Below are positions 39,473-47,874 of a DNA stretch of 64,000 nt, in pieces. The first letter of the stretch is position 1, and each line of letters starts with the position of its first letter. The notes below the pieces were generated by a model. That model was not told the DNA's origin. It was given only the letters and a program-made list of their open reading frames with translations, and ran no database searches. The DNA is from Acidobacteriota bacterium. Its GTDB lineage: Bacteria > Acidobacteriota > Vicinamibacteria > Vicinamibacterales > UBA2999. The DNA is taken from contig JBQTIE010000295.1 in NCBI GenBank assembly GCA_052389315.1, positions 5,255 to 69,254 of the forward strand, in the 5' to 3' direction. The translations under genes were made by a program, and so were the position numbers.

Positions 39473-41200
39473 CTACCGCACGAGGAAGTCGGCCGGGACA
39501 GACGATCCGCAATCGTTCACTGCGATAACCCGCACCCAGGCTGCGAATCCGGGGACCACACCACTCGCGCTCACGCCGGTCGTGGTGCCGATGTTGGTGA
39601 GCGGCACCAGATCGGAGGCGCCGGGCGAGGTGCCCGCCTGGAAGAGGTAATGGATCACACCCGGCACCGCGACCCAGCTCGCCATGGCGATTCCGTTGAC
39701 CACACCGCCGACGATGGCCGGCGTCGGCGGGGGTTCGGTGCAGGATGCGCCGATGGCAAAAGCAAACGGTGGCGACGTGGGCCCCGGCACCAGGCCGGCA
39801 AAGGCCGTCACTTGGACGCTGAACGTGCCGGCGGTCCCCGCGGCCAGTGGCAGCGACACCGTAGTCGCCGGACCCACGATGATCGTGACCGCGAGCGCGC
39901 TGCCGACAAAGAAATCGAGGCGGTGCGACGTGGGTGCCGCCCCCGGTCCCAGCGTCCAATCGATGGTCAGGAGTTCGCCAATGGCGCTCGCGCGCTGCAC
40001 GCTCACGCTTCCTGGCACTCCACCGAGTGATAGCGGATAGATGAAGTGAATGCCTGCCAGGTCATCTGGACCAAGGGCGCTGGGGCTCCCGGCGCAGTCA
40101 CGGTTGAGCGACGGAAACATGATGGCCGATGGATCACTCGAATGGCCCAGGCCGAGCACGTGCCCCAGCTCGTGCAGCTGGATGTCTTGAAAGCAGCCGC
40201 TCACGTTCAGAAACTCCTGCGCGATGGGGCTGTCGTTGTTGATGATGAAGCCCTCGAGGGCGAGCCGGAACGGCTGGCCGCTGACCGAGATCGAGGCGCT
40301 CATGGTGAAGTAGGACCCCCCGACGGCGAGCGTCCCACCGCTGTTGCTAATCTCTCCGCACGGATCCAGGTATGAGATCGTCACGCCGTAGGTGCCGAGG
40401 AACTGGCTGGCGCACCGCGGCGGCGAAGAGGACGAACCGGGGAGAAACCGGAACGCGGCGCCCGCAGCGTTCCATGCCTGCACGGCCGCCTGAACCTCGG
40501 CGACACCGCCTCCGGGCAGACCGGGCTGCCCTCCCGCCTGCAGTTCAACCGTCGGCAAAAAGGTGTACCGAAAGGGCGTGGTCATGAGCATGAAGCGCTG
40601 GTGGCCGACGGTCGGACGCGACCACTCGCCGCCGTCACCCACCGTCACGGAAGCCGCCGACATGCCCGACTGCCGGAGGGCCGACAGCGGCAGGGCCTGT
40701 CCTCCTCGCAGCGCCACGCGCTCGCCGTCGGCGAAGGTGACCACTTGCCACTTGCCCTGCCAGAGGCCGGCCGTGTACAACGATCGGTCACGCGGCCGTG
40801 CCTCGAGGAACAGCAGGACCCGCTCACCTGAGACGAAGGTCGCCTGGTCGATCACCGAAAGAGCTGTGTCGCCGACCAGTCCGCCCAGCTGCTTCACGGC
40901 CAAGGGACCGGCTGAGATCGCCCCCTTGAACACCTCGTCCACGTCGAGCAACACCCAGGTGTAGATGGCACCGGCGCCGGCTTCCCACCCCGATACCACG
41001 CCATCGACTCGTCCGCTGACGATGACGTCCGAGAATCGCCAGAGGTCTCCGACCGCCCAGGTGGGCGCCGAGCTCGCCGCGACACGCTGGGGAGGCACCC
41101 CGAGCATCAGCGCAACGAGCGCGAATCCGACAGGCACGACGCTGACCCGAATGACGACCCCCTGTTTGGCAGCCCGCCGATGCGGCGGAGCGAGAATCAA
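39473..41200 (-). CDS. secreted multidomain matrixin-like zinc metalloprotease (N-terminal partner-like domain, protease domain, two C-terminal Ig/FN3-like domains)
   Basis: Signal/TM segment, then a region homologous to the stand-alone 4166..4705 protein, then zinc motif HELGHVLGLGHSSDPSAIMFP. The last roughly 190 aa are two beta-rich segments (..LTIDWTLGPGAAPTSHRLDF.. and ..ASWVAVPGVIHYLFQAGTSPG..VRVIAVNDCG..). Confidence 0.7.
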   Translation of the reverse strand: MILAPPHRRAAKQGVVIRVSVVPVGFALVALMLGVPPQRVAASSAPTWAVGDLWRFSDVIVSGRVDGVVSGWEAGAGAIYTWVLLDVDEVFKGAISAGPLAVKQLGGLVGDTALSVIDQATFVSGERVLLFLEARPRDRSLYTAGLWQGKWQVVTFADGERVALRGGQALPLSALRQSGMSAASVTVGDGGEWSRPTVGHQRFMLMTTPFRYTFLPTVELQAGGQPGLPGGGVAEVQAAVQAWNAAGAAFRFLPGSSSSPPRCASQFLGTYGVTISYLDPCGEISNSGGTLAVGGSYFTMSASISVSGQPFRLALEGFIINNDSPIAQEFLNVSGCFQDIQLHELGHVLGLGHSSDPSAIMFPSLNRDCAGSPSALGPDDLAGIHFIYPLSLGGVPGSVSVQRASAIGELLTIDWTLGPGAAPTSHRLDFFVGSALAVTIIVGPATTVSLPLAAGTAGTFSVQVTAFAGLVPGPTSPPFAFAIGASCTEPPPTPAIVGGVVNGIAMASWVAVPGVIHYLFQAGTSPGASDLVPLTNIGTTTGVSASGVVPGFAAWVRVIAVNDCGSSVPADFLVR

Positions 41201-41264
41201 ACGGTCAACGCTACGTCGTCACGACGCGTGGAATCAAGGGCCATCAATGGTAGGCTGACCGCTG

Positions 41265-42416
41265 ATGCCCTTCGGGTGGGACCGCCCAGCCTACGGCGTG
41301 CGGTTGGTCGTGGGCGTGGCCACGGCGCTGAACGCCGCTGTCGTCACCGCCGCGCAGCCAGCCAGTGCGCTGATCGATCAGGCGTCGGCGAGGATCCGCG
41401 AGCTACACAGCGAAGCCGAGCGGCTCACCCGAGAGTCCGCGACCTTGCTCATCGAATTGCGTCGGCTGCAGATCGAGCGGGACATCAAGGCTCAGGAGGT
41501 CACCAAGGCCGAGCTCGAGCTCGGTCAGGTCACGCAGGCCCTGGACACGACGACCAGGCGGGTGGCCGAGCTCGATGCCCAGCGCCTGGCCGGCACGACG
41601 GGCGTCAGTGAGCGCCTCATCGAGCTCTACAAACGAGGTCGCGGCGGGTACGTGCCGCTCCTCTTCCGGACGGACGACTTGCGGGCGCTCGGCCGCATGA
41701 GCCGTGGGGTAGCAGCGGTCGCCCGTCTGGACCGCGCCCGCTTCGACGCGCATCGTCGCCTCCTCGCCGATGCCCGGGAGGCCATGGACGAGTTGTCGGC
41801 TCGCCAGCAAGAGGTCGCGATTGCGCAGGATGAGGCGAGACGAGCGCGCCAGGCGCTGGACGGGGCCATTTCCGCCCACACGCGCCGCATCGCAGAGCTC
41901 GATCGGCGTCGAGACCTGGCCGCCCGCTATGTCGGGGACCTTCAACGAGCGCAAGCCGAGCTCGAGCGACGCATCGGCGGGCTCGACGCCGAACGGCCGG
42001 CAACGCTCCCCCTCGCGCCCTTTCGTGGCGCGCTCGAGTGGCCCGTTGCGGGCCGGGTGCTGTCACGCTTCGGACGGGGCGCCGGCGACCGGTTCGGCAC
42101 GCCGGTCGTGCGCAGCGGCATCGAAATCGGGTCGCGGGCAGGCGATGCCGTGCGGGCCGTGCACGGCGGCACCGTCGTCCATGCCGCGCCGTTCACGGGG
42201 TTTGGCGTGGTCGTCATTGTGGACCATGGAGAGGGCGCGTTCACGGTGTACGGTCATCTGGGCAGCGCCGTGGCCAGCCAGGATGCCGTGATCGATCGGG
42301 GCGCGGTGGTCGGCTACGCGGGACGAACCGCCGCTGGAGTCGAGGCGACGTACTTCGAGCTCAGGATCGACGGCCGTGCGGTTGATCCCGTACAATGGCT
42401 GAGGAGTCCACGATGA
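41265..42416 (+). CDS. EnvC-like coiled-coil protein with a degenerate M23/LytM domain (murein hydrolase activator type)
   Basis: A long coiled coil (residues about 40-230) is followed by a LytM domain (LEWPVAGRVLSRFG.., GIEIGSRAGDAVRAVHGGTVV, GFGVVVIVDHGEGAFTVYGHL). The zinc ligands appear replaced: RSGIE where HxGID is expected, and EATYFE where PHLHFE is expected. Confidence 0.8.
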   Translation: MPFGWDRPAYGVRLVVGVATALNAAVVTAAQPASALIDQASARIRELHSEAERLTRESATLLIELRRLQIERDIKAQEVTKAELELGQVTQALDTTTRRVAELDAQRLAGTTGVSERLIELYKRGRGGYVPLLFRTDDLRALGRMSRGVAAVARLDRARFDAHRRLLADAREAMDELSARQQEVAIAQDEARRARQALDGAISAHTRRIAELDRRRDLAARYVGDLQRAQAELERRIGGLDAERPATLPLAPFRGALEWPVAGRVLSRFGRGAGDRFGTPVVRSGIEIGSRAGDAVRAVHGGTVVHAAPFTGFGVVVIVDHGEGAFTVYGHLGSAVASQDAVIDRGAVVGYAGRTAAGVEATYFELRIDGRAVDPVQWLRSPR

Positions 42417-43570
42417 ACTCACGCGGGCGTGTCGCGGTCTTGGTTCTCTCGCTTCCAGTCGCGATGTATGCGGTCGTCGGCGGCGTCATGGGCAACGCGA
42501 TGGCGCGGCAGGAGAGCTATCAGTTCCTCCGCATCTTCGAAGACGTCGTCACGTTGATCGTGAACAACTACGTCGAGGAAGTGCAGGTCGACAAGGTCAT
42601 GCGCGGCGCCATGCACGGCCTGGCCGACGGCCTCGACCCGGACAGCGCGTACCTGACGGCGGATCAGGTCAAGGCGTTCGAATCGAAGGCGCCCAGCCCC
42701 ACCGGGCAGGTCGGGCTCGAACTGACGCGTCAGTACTATCTTCGCGTCATCGCCGCGAGGGACAACTCCCCGGGCGCCAAGGCCGGGCTGCAGCCGGGTG
42801 ACTACGTTCGGGCGATTGACGGGCAGTCCACCCGCGATACGTCGGTCCACGAGGGCATGAACCTCCTGGCCGGCAAGCCGGGCACCAAGGTGGAGCTCAC
42901 CGTGTTGCGGGGCAACGCCGCCGAGCCGCACCAGCTGACGCTGACCAGGGAAAACCTCGCTCCGGTGACCGTCCGGGGACGCATCCTCGAACCAGGAATC
43001 GGCTACGTGCGAATCCCGGCGTTCGGCAAGACCAGCGCCAGCGAGCTTCGGTCTCAGATGGCGGCGCTCACCAAGAGTGGCGCCGCGCGCGCGGTCATCG
43101 ACGTGCGCGGTACGGCGTTTGGCGAGGTGGATGCCGGACTCGAGGCGGCGCGACTCTTCGTGAAGAGCGGCACCCTCATCTACCGACAGGAGCGGGGGAA
43201 GCCCAAAGAGCCCATCCAGGCCGCCGACGGCGACGGCCAGTTGACCTTGCCGATTGCAATCCTCAGCGACGCTGGCACCGCCGGCCCCGGCGAAGTGTTC
43301 GCGGCCGCCCTGACCGGCAATGGCCGTGGGCTCCTGGTGGGCGAACGCACGCTCGGCCGTGCGGCGCGTCAGCGTCTCATTCGCCTGCCGGATGGCAGCG
43401 GTCTCATGCTCACCCACCTGCTCTACGTCACCGCCACCGATGTCGTCATCAACGAGCGCGGATTGACTCCGGAGGTCGCGGTCGAGCAGCCCGAAGTCGA
43501 GTTCGGCCAGCCGTTGCCGGCGGGTGACAGCACACTCGAACAGGCCGTCAAGCAGCTGAAGAGCCGCTAG
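42413..43570 (+). CDS. S41 (C-terminal processing peptidase) family protein with a PDZ domain, predicted non-catalytic
   Basis: Family-typical N-terminus (FLRIFEDVVTLIVNNYVEEV), PDZ domain (SPGAKAGLQPGDYVRAIDG) and S41 core (VIDVRGTAFGEVDAGLEAARLF, LPIAILSD..). GTAGPGE replaces G-S/T-A-S-A-S-E, and TLGRA replaces T-F-G-K-G. ATG 42413 has a GAGGAG RBS and overlaps the M23 stop. Confidence 0.8.
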   Translation: MNSRGRVAVLVLSLPVAMYAVVGGVMGNAMARQESYQFLRIFEDVVTLIVNNYVEEVQVDKVMRGAMHGLADGLDPDSAYLTADQVKAFESKAPSPTGQVGLELTRQYYLRVIAARDNSPGAKAGLQPGDYVRAIDGQSTRDTSVHEGMNLLAGKPGTKVELTVLRGNAAEPHQLTLTRENLAPVTVRGRILEPGIGYVRIPAFGKTSASELRSQMAALTKSGAARAVIDVRGTAFGEVDAGLEAARLFVKSGTLIYRQERGKPKEPIQAADGDGQLTLPIAILSDAGTAGPGEVFAAALTGNGRGLLVGERTLGRAARQRLIRLPDGSGLMLTHLLYVTATDVVINERGLTPEVAVEQPEVEFGQPLPAGDSTLEQAVKQLKSR

Positions 43571-43751
43571 CGAAGCGGCGCCTCAACCCGCAGGGCGAGA
43601 CGTCGGCTCCGCTTCGCTTGCGCCCCACTCTGTCGTGTTGCCCCGCCTCAGCGGGGCGGACATCTACCATGGCCGGTCGAAACACTTGCGTCATTCGTGA
43701 CGCTTCCGGCCATCGACGATGTCTGGCGGCGAAGTCCGGCGCCGTTTGCGC

Positions 43752-43780
43752 TTGACTGGCCTGCACCGCTCGCATATAAC
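43752..43780 (+). promoter_or_regulatory. sigma70-type promoter upstream of hup
   Basis: TTGACT (43752..43757), a 17-nt spacer, then TATAAC (43775..43780). This predicts a 5' UTR of about 140 nt before the hup ATG. Confidence 0.55.
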
Positions 43781-43926
43781 CGCACACGTTTTTCTCGCGC
43801 GTTGGCGCGAGAGGACGCATCGTACATAACCCATCGCGCGCGCCGCAGTTCAGGCTTCCCCTCACCGCGGACGCGTTGTGGCGCATCGCGCGCCCGTCAA
43901 CGAGGCGCGTCCAACAGGGAGGGCGA

Positions 43927-44199
43927 ATGAACAAACAGGCGCTGATTTCCAAGGTGGCCAAGGACACTGGCGGGACCAAGAGCATGGCGGCACAGGCCAT
44001 CGATTCGATGATCGAGGGCATCACGCGCGCGCTCAGGAAGGGTGACTCGGTCACCTTCGTGGGCTTCGGGACCTTCAAGACGTCCAACCGCAAAGCGCGA
44101 ACGGCGCGCAACCCGCAGACGGGCGCCCCCATCAAGATTCCCAAGCGGAAGGCTGTCCGATTCGTCGCCGGCAAGGCGCTGAAATCGGCCGTCAACTGA
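43927..44199 (+). CDS. hup: HU-family nucleoid-associated DNA-binding protein
   Basis: 90 aa. MNKQALISKVAKDTG.TKS.A..A.D........AL..GD.V...GFGTF......AR..RNP.TG..I.I...K...F..GKALK is canonical HU/IHF. The RBS is GGGAGGG. Confidence 0.9.
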   Translation: MNKQALISKVAKDTGGTKSMAAQAIDSMIEGITRALRKGDSVTFVGFGTFKTSNRKARTARNPQTGAPIKIPKRKAVRFVAGKALKSAVN

Positions 44200-44306
44200 C
44201 GCCGAAAGACGCACGCCAACGCCCGACGCGCCGCGCACGGCGTCGCCGGGCGTAGGTCCGTGCGGTATACTTTCTATTCGTCCTTCGACTGAAGGATGGC
44301 GTCTGC

Positions 44307-44383
44307 AGGCGCGTAGCTCAGTTGGTTAGAGCGCCTCCCTGACACGGAGGAGGTCAGTGGTTCGAATCCACCCGCGCCTACCA
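44307..44383 (+). tRNA. tRNA-Val (anticodon GAC), CCA encoded
   Basis: Cloverleaf folded by hand. Acceptor AGGCGCG/CGCGCCT, D arm GCTCAGTTGGTTAGAGC, anticodon stem CCTCC/GGAGG with loop CTGACAC (GAC), T arm GTGGTTCGAATCCAC, discriminator A then CCA. There is an A1:U72 pair and one A-C mismatch closing the T stem. Confidence 0.9.
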
Positions 44384-44444
44384 TTTGACTCGGTCGCCTC
44401 CTGCCTGCGTGGGTGGCGCGCGCCGAGAGGCGGAATCCACGGTC

Positions 44445-46376
44445 ATGTCGCAGATTACGGTCACCCTGCCTGACGGCTCTGCCCGGCAGCTTGCGTCCGG
44501 CACGCCCGCGCTCGCCGTGGCGCGGGACATCTCGCCGAGGCTGGCCGACGCCGCCCTGGCGGCCAAGGTGAACGGCCGTCTCGTCGATCTCACCACGAGC
44601 CTGGACGCCGACGCCGAGCTGCAGATCATCACCAACAAGTCGCCGGAAGCGCTCGCGCTGTACCGCCACTCGACTGCGCACCTGATGGCCGCTGCCGTCA
44701 CCGCCCTCTTTCCGCGGGCGCAGTGCGGAATCGGTCCCGCCATCGACGAGGGCTTCTTCTACGACTTCATCGTCGATCGGCCGTTTGTCCCGGAAGATCT
44801 CGAGCGCATCGAGGCCAAGATGCGGGAGCTGGCCGCGCAGGATCTGCGCTATGAGCGGCAGATGTGGCCCCGGGATGAAGCGCTGGCCTTCTTCGCCAGC
44901 CGCGGCGAGCCTCTCAAAGTGCAGCTCATCGAGGAAAAGGCGGCGGGCCAGTCGCACGTTTCCTGCTACACGATCCACGATCGCGACACCTTCGTCGATT
45001 TCTGTACGGGCCCCCACGTGCCGTCGACCAACCGCCTCAAGGCATTCAAGCTCCTCTCGACGTCCGCCGCCTACTGGAAGGGCGATGCGAACAACGCCCC
45101 CATGCAGCGCATCTACGGCACGGCGTTCTTCACTCAAAAGGAGCTCGATGACCACCTGACACGACTCGAGGAGGCGAAAAAGCGCGACCACCGGCGCGTC
45201 GGGCGCGACCTGGAGCTGTTCACGTTCCACCCGTGGGCGCCCGGGGCGACCTTCTGGCTGCCCAAGGGCACCGTCTTGTACAACACGCTCAGCCAATACA
45301 TGCGCGGCGTGCTGCTGGCGGCCGGGTACGTCGAGGTCAGGGCGCCAATCGTGTTCAACAAGGCGCTATGGGAGACCTCCGGGCACTGGGAGCACTACCG
45401 CGACAACATGTTCCTGGTGAAGTCCGCCGACGGCGAGGAGATGAGCCTCAAGCCGATGAACTGCCCCGGGCACTTTCTGTTGTTCGGCGCCGAGATGCGC
45501 AGCTACAAAGACCTGCCCTTGCGCTTTCACGAGCAGACGGCTCTGCACCGCAACGAAGCCTCGGGAGTCCTGTCGGGCTTGACTCGCGTCCGCCAGTTCT
45601 CGCAGGACGACGGGCACTGCTTCGTGACCGAGGATCAGATTGGGTCGGAAGTGGAGGCGCTCATCGGGCTCGTCCAGCGGGTGTACCGGGATTTCGGTCT
45701 CGACTACACCGCCAAGCTGTCGACCCGGCCGGAGAAATACCTGGGCGAGATCGCCACCTGGGATCACGCGGAGGCCGCCCTCAAGCAGGCACTCGATCGG
45801 TCGGGCCAGCCCTACACGCTCAACGCGGGGGACGGGGCGTTCTACGGGCCGAAGATCGACTTCGACATCACCGACGCACTCAGTCGCAAGTGGCAGTGCG
45901 GGACCATTCAGCTCGACTACATGATGCCGGAGCGCTTCGACCTGAAGTACGTCGGCTCTGACAACACCGATCATCGGCCCGTGGTGATTCATCGGGCGAT
46001 TTTCGGCAGCATCGAGCGATTCATCGCCATCCTGATCGAGCATTTCGCGGGGGCCTTTCCGCTCTGGTGCGCGCCGGTCCAGGCCATTGTGCTTCCGATC
46101 GCGGATCGCCACGCCGACTATGCGCGGCAGGTGGAGCGCCAACTGACGGCCGCCGGCCTGCGGACGACCCTCGACCTGCGCCAGGAGAAGGTCAACCTCA
46201 AGATTCGAGAAGCCCAACTCCAGAAGGTCCCCTACATGCTGGTCCTCGGCGACCGGGAGCTGGCCGACAGGACCGTGGCCGTCCGCAGCCGAGGGCGGGG
46301 CGACCTGGGTCCACGGCCCGTGGAACAGTTTGCAAGCGACGCGCTTGCCGAAATCGCGGCAAAAACGGTATCGTAA
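44445..46376 (+). CDS. thrS: threonine--tRNA ligase
   Basis: TGS domain (ITVTLPDGSARQLASGTPALAVARDIS), editing-domain motif HSTAHLMA, and class II core (FRNE.SG.L.GL.RVR.F.QDD.H.F, GAFYGPKIDF). ATG 44445 gives 643 aa. Confidence 0.95.
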   Translation: MSQITVTLPDGSARQLASGTPALAVARDISPRLADAALAAKVNGRLVDLTTSLDADAELQIITNKSPEALALYRHSTAHLMAAAVTALFPRAQCGIGPAIDEGFFYDFIVDRPFVPEDLERIEAKMRELAAQDLRYERQMWPRDEALAFFASRGEPLKVQLIEEKAAGQSHVSCYTIHDRDTFVDFCTGPHVPSTNRLKAFKLLSTSAAYWKGDANNAPMQRIYGTAFFTQKELDDHLTRLEEAKKRDHRRVGRDLELFTFHPWAPGATFWLPKGTVLYNTLSQYMRGVLLAAGYVEVRAPIVFNKALWETSGHWEHYRDNMFLVKSADGEEMSLKPMNCPGHFLLFGAEMRSYKDLPLRFHEQTALHRNEASGVLSGLTRVRQFSQDDGHCFVTEDQIGSEVEALIGLVQRVYRDFGLDYTAKLSTRPEKYLGEIATWDHAEAALKQALDRSGQPYTLNAGDGAFYGPKIDFDITDALSRKWQCGTIQLDYMMPERFDLKYVGSDNTDHRPVVIHRAIFGSIERFIAILIEHFAGAFPLWCAPVQAIVLPIADRHADYARQVERQLTAAGLRTTLDLRQEKVNLKIREAQLQKVPYMLVLGDRELADRTVAVRSRGRGDLGPRPVEQFASDALAEIAAKTVS

Positions 46377-46497
46377 GGGGTTGCCGACGAACGCGTGTTA
46401 CGGGTGTTCGTCACGATCGGTCGCACGATCATCGTCTCGCCGCCGTGAGGGGCGTGGCGACGGCCCCGTAACAGGTGTTTCGTCGGAGGATTGAGCT

Positions 46498-47091
46498 ATC
46501 GCTTTCGATCGTACTCGGCAAACCCGGCGCGACGACCGGCTCCGCATCAACGAGCGCATTCGCGTTCGTGAAATCCGCGTGATTGACGACATGGGTCAGC
46601 AGCTCGGCATCATGCCGCCGCCGCAAGCCCTGGCGATCGCCCGGCAGAAAGGCCTGGACCTCGTGGAGATTTCGCCCACGGCCGTTCCGCCCGTCTGCCG
46701 GATCATGGATTACGGGAAGTACCAATACCAGGAGCAGAAGCGCGCCCGCGAGGCGCGGCGCAATCAGCACGTCGTGGAAGTCAAGGAGATCAAGTTCCGA
46801 CCGAAGGTCGACGAACACGACTACCAGTTCAAGAAAAACCACATTCAGCGGTTCATCGAGGAAGGCGACAAGGTCAAGGCCACCATCTTTTTCCGTGGCC
46901 GTGAGATGGCGCACCCCGAGATCGGGCACAAGATCCTGCTGCGCCTGATCGGCGATCTGTCCGAGGTGGCCATGCCAGAGACCCAGCCGAGGATGGAGGG
47001 CAATCAGATGCACACCATCCTGACGGCCAAGAAAGGGGCCAAGGCGGCGCCGAAACCGGCCGGCCGTCCGGCCGAAATGGACGTGAAATGA
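46498..47091 (+). CDS. infC: translation initiation factor IF-3, probable ATC start codon
   Basis: The tracked ORF (46579..) lacks the conserved N-terminal [14 protein letters not shown], which is in frame upstream. The frame is open back to a TGA at 46492. ATC at 46498 lies 7 nt after GGAGGA (46485..46490). Non-AUG (AUU/AUC/AUA) starts are the rule for infC. Confidence 0.8.
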   Translation: MAFDRTRQTRRDDRLRINERIRVREIRVIDDMGQQLGIMPPPQALAIARQKGLDLVEISPTAVPPVCRIMDYGKYQYQEQKRAREARRNQHVVEVKEIKFRPKVDEHDYQFKKNHIQRFIEEGDKVKATIFFRGREMAHPEIGHKILLRLIGDLSEVAMPETQPRMEGNQMHTILTAKKGAKAAPKPAGRPAEMDVK

Positions 47092-47288
47092 AGATGAAGC
47101 TGAAGTCGCATCGGGGCGCCGCCAAGCGGTTCAAGAAGACCGCCAGCGGCAAGTTCAAGCGGTCGCAGTCCTTCAAGCGGCACATCCTCACGAGCAAGAC
47201 CACCAAGCGGAAGCGCGCCCTCCGTAAGGCAACGCTGGTCGCCGATGCGGACCAGGCCAAGTTGGAGCGGATGCTGCCGTACAAATAG
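47088..47288 (+). CDS. rpmI: 50S ribosomal protein L35
   Basis: 66 aa. [22 protein letters not shown]...FKRHILT.KT.KRKR is canonical. The start overlaps the infC stop, and ATG 47094 is an alternative start. Confidence 0.9.
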   Translation: MKMKLKSHRGAAKRFKKTASGKFKRSQSFKRHILTSKTTKRKRALRKATLVADADQAKLERMLPYK

Positions 47289-47445
47289 ACCGATGGCAGC
47301 CGCCTCGGGGACATCCCGAGGAGTCTGCCCCGCGGCCACCGACGACCGGGCAATCAGGGCACTTTCGTCGCCGGAATCGCGCCGCACCGAGCACTGCTCG
47401 CCGAAGTCCACTTCGTGTGGTCCCTGATTGCCGTCCAGGAGTCCG

Positions 47446-47811
47446 ATGCCTCGCGTCAAACGTGGAACAGTCCGTCGAGCCAAGCGCAAGAAGCTGGCAA
47501 AACTGACCAAGGGCTACTTTCAGAACAAGAGCAAGCTCTACAAGTTCATGAAAGCGGCGGCCGAAAAGGCGGGCGTGTACGCCTACGTCGGACGCAAGCA
47601 GAAGAAGCGGGACTACCGCAGTCTCTGGGTGGTCCGCATCAACGCGGCCGCGCGCCAGCACGGGCTCTCCTACAGCGTGTTCATGAACGGTTTGAAAGCG
47701 GCGGGCGTCATGCTGGATCGCAAGAGCCTGGCCGAGCTGGCCGCTCGCGAACCGCAGGCGTTTGCCGCGCTGGTCGACAAAGCCAAGGCGTCGACCTCGT
47801 CGGCGTCCTGA
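47446..47811 (+). CDS. rplT: 50S ribosomal protein L20
   Basis: [33 protein letters not shown].....[36 protein letters not shown]. Confidence 0.9.
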   Translation: MPRVKRGTVRRAKRKKLAKLTKGYFQNKSKLYKFMKAAAEKAGVYAYVGRKQKKRDYRSLWVVRINAAARQHGLSYSVFMNGLKAAGVMLDRKSLAELAAREPQAFAALVDKAKASTSSAS

Positions 47812-47874
47812 GCGTCAGAGCCGCCAACCCGCCATCGGCAATCGCCTCGGCCTGGCCGCGGCGGTTGCGTATCA

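Noticed and set aside
43725-43745. GGCGGCGAAGTCCGGCGCC, which resembles the RNase P RNA GAGGAAAGUCCGGGC block.
   Set aside because: The other universally conserved RNase P regions (the ACAGAA..CCGGCUUA and GGUAAGAGC-type blocks) are absent from the 355-nt gap. Much of that gap is also taken up by the hup promoter and leader.
44265-44270. TATACT as a -10 box for the tRNA-Val gene.
   Set aside because: No acceptable -35 sits at 16-18 nt, and the box lies 37 nt before the mature 5' end. This is too uncertain to call.
44274-45296. A 340-aa minus-strand ORF spanning the tRNA-Val and the 5' part of thrS.
   Set aside because: It is antisense to thrS and runs across a tRNA gene. It has no recognisable domain.
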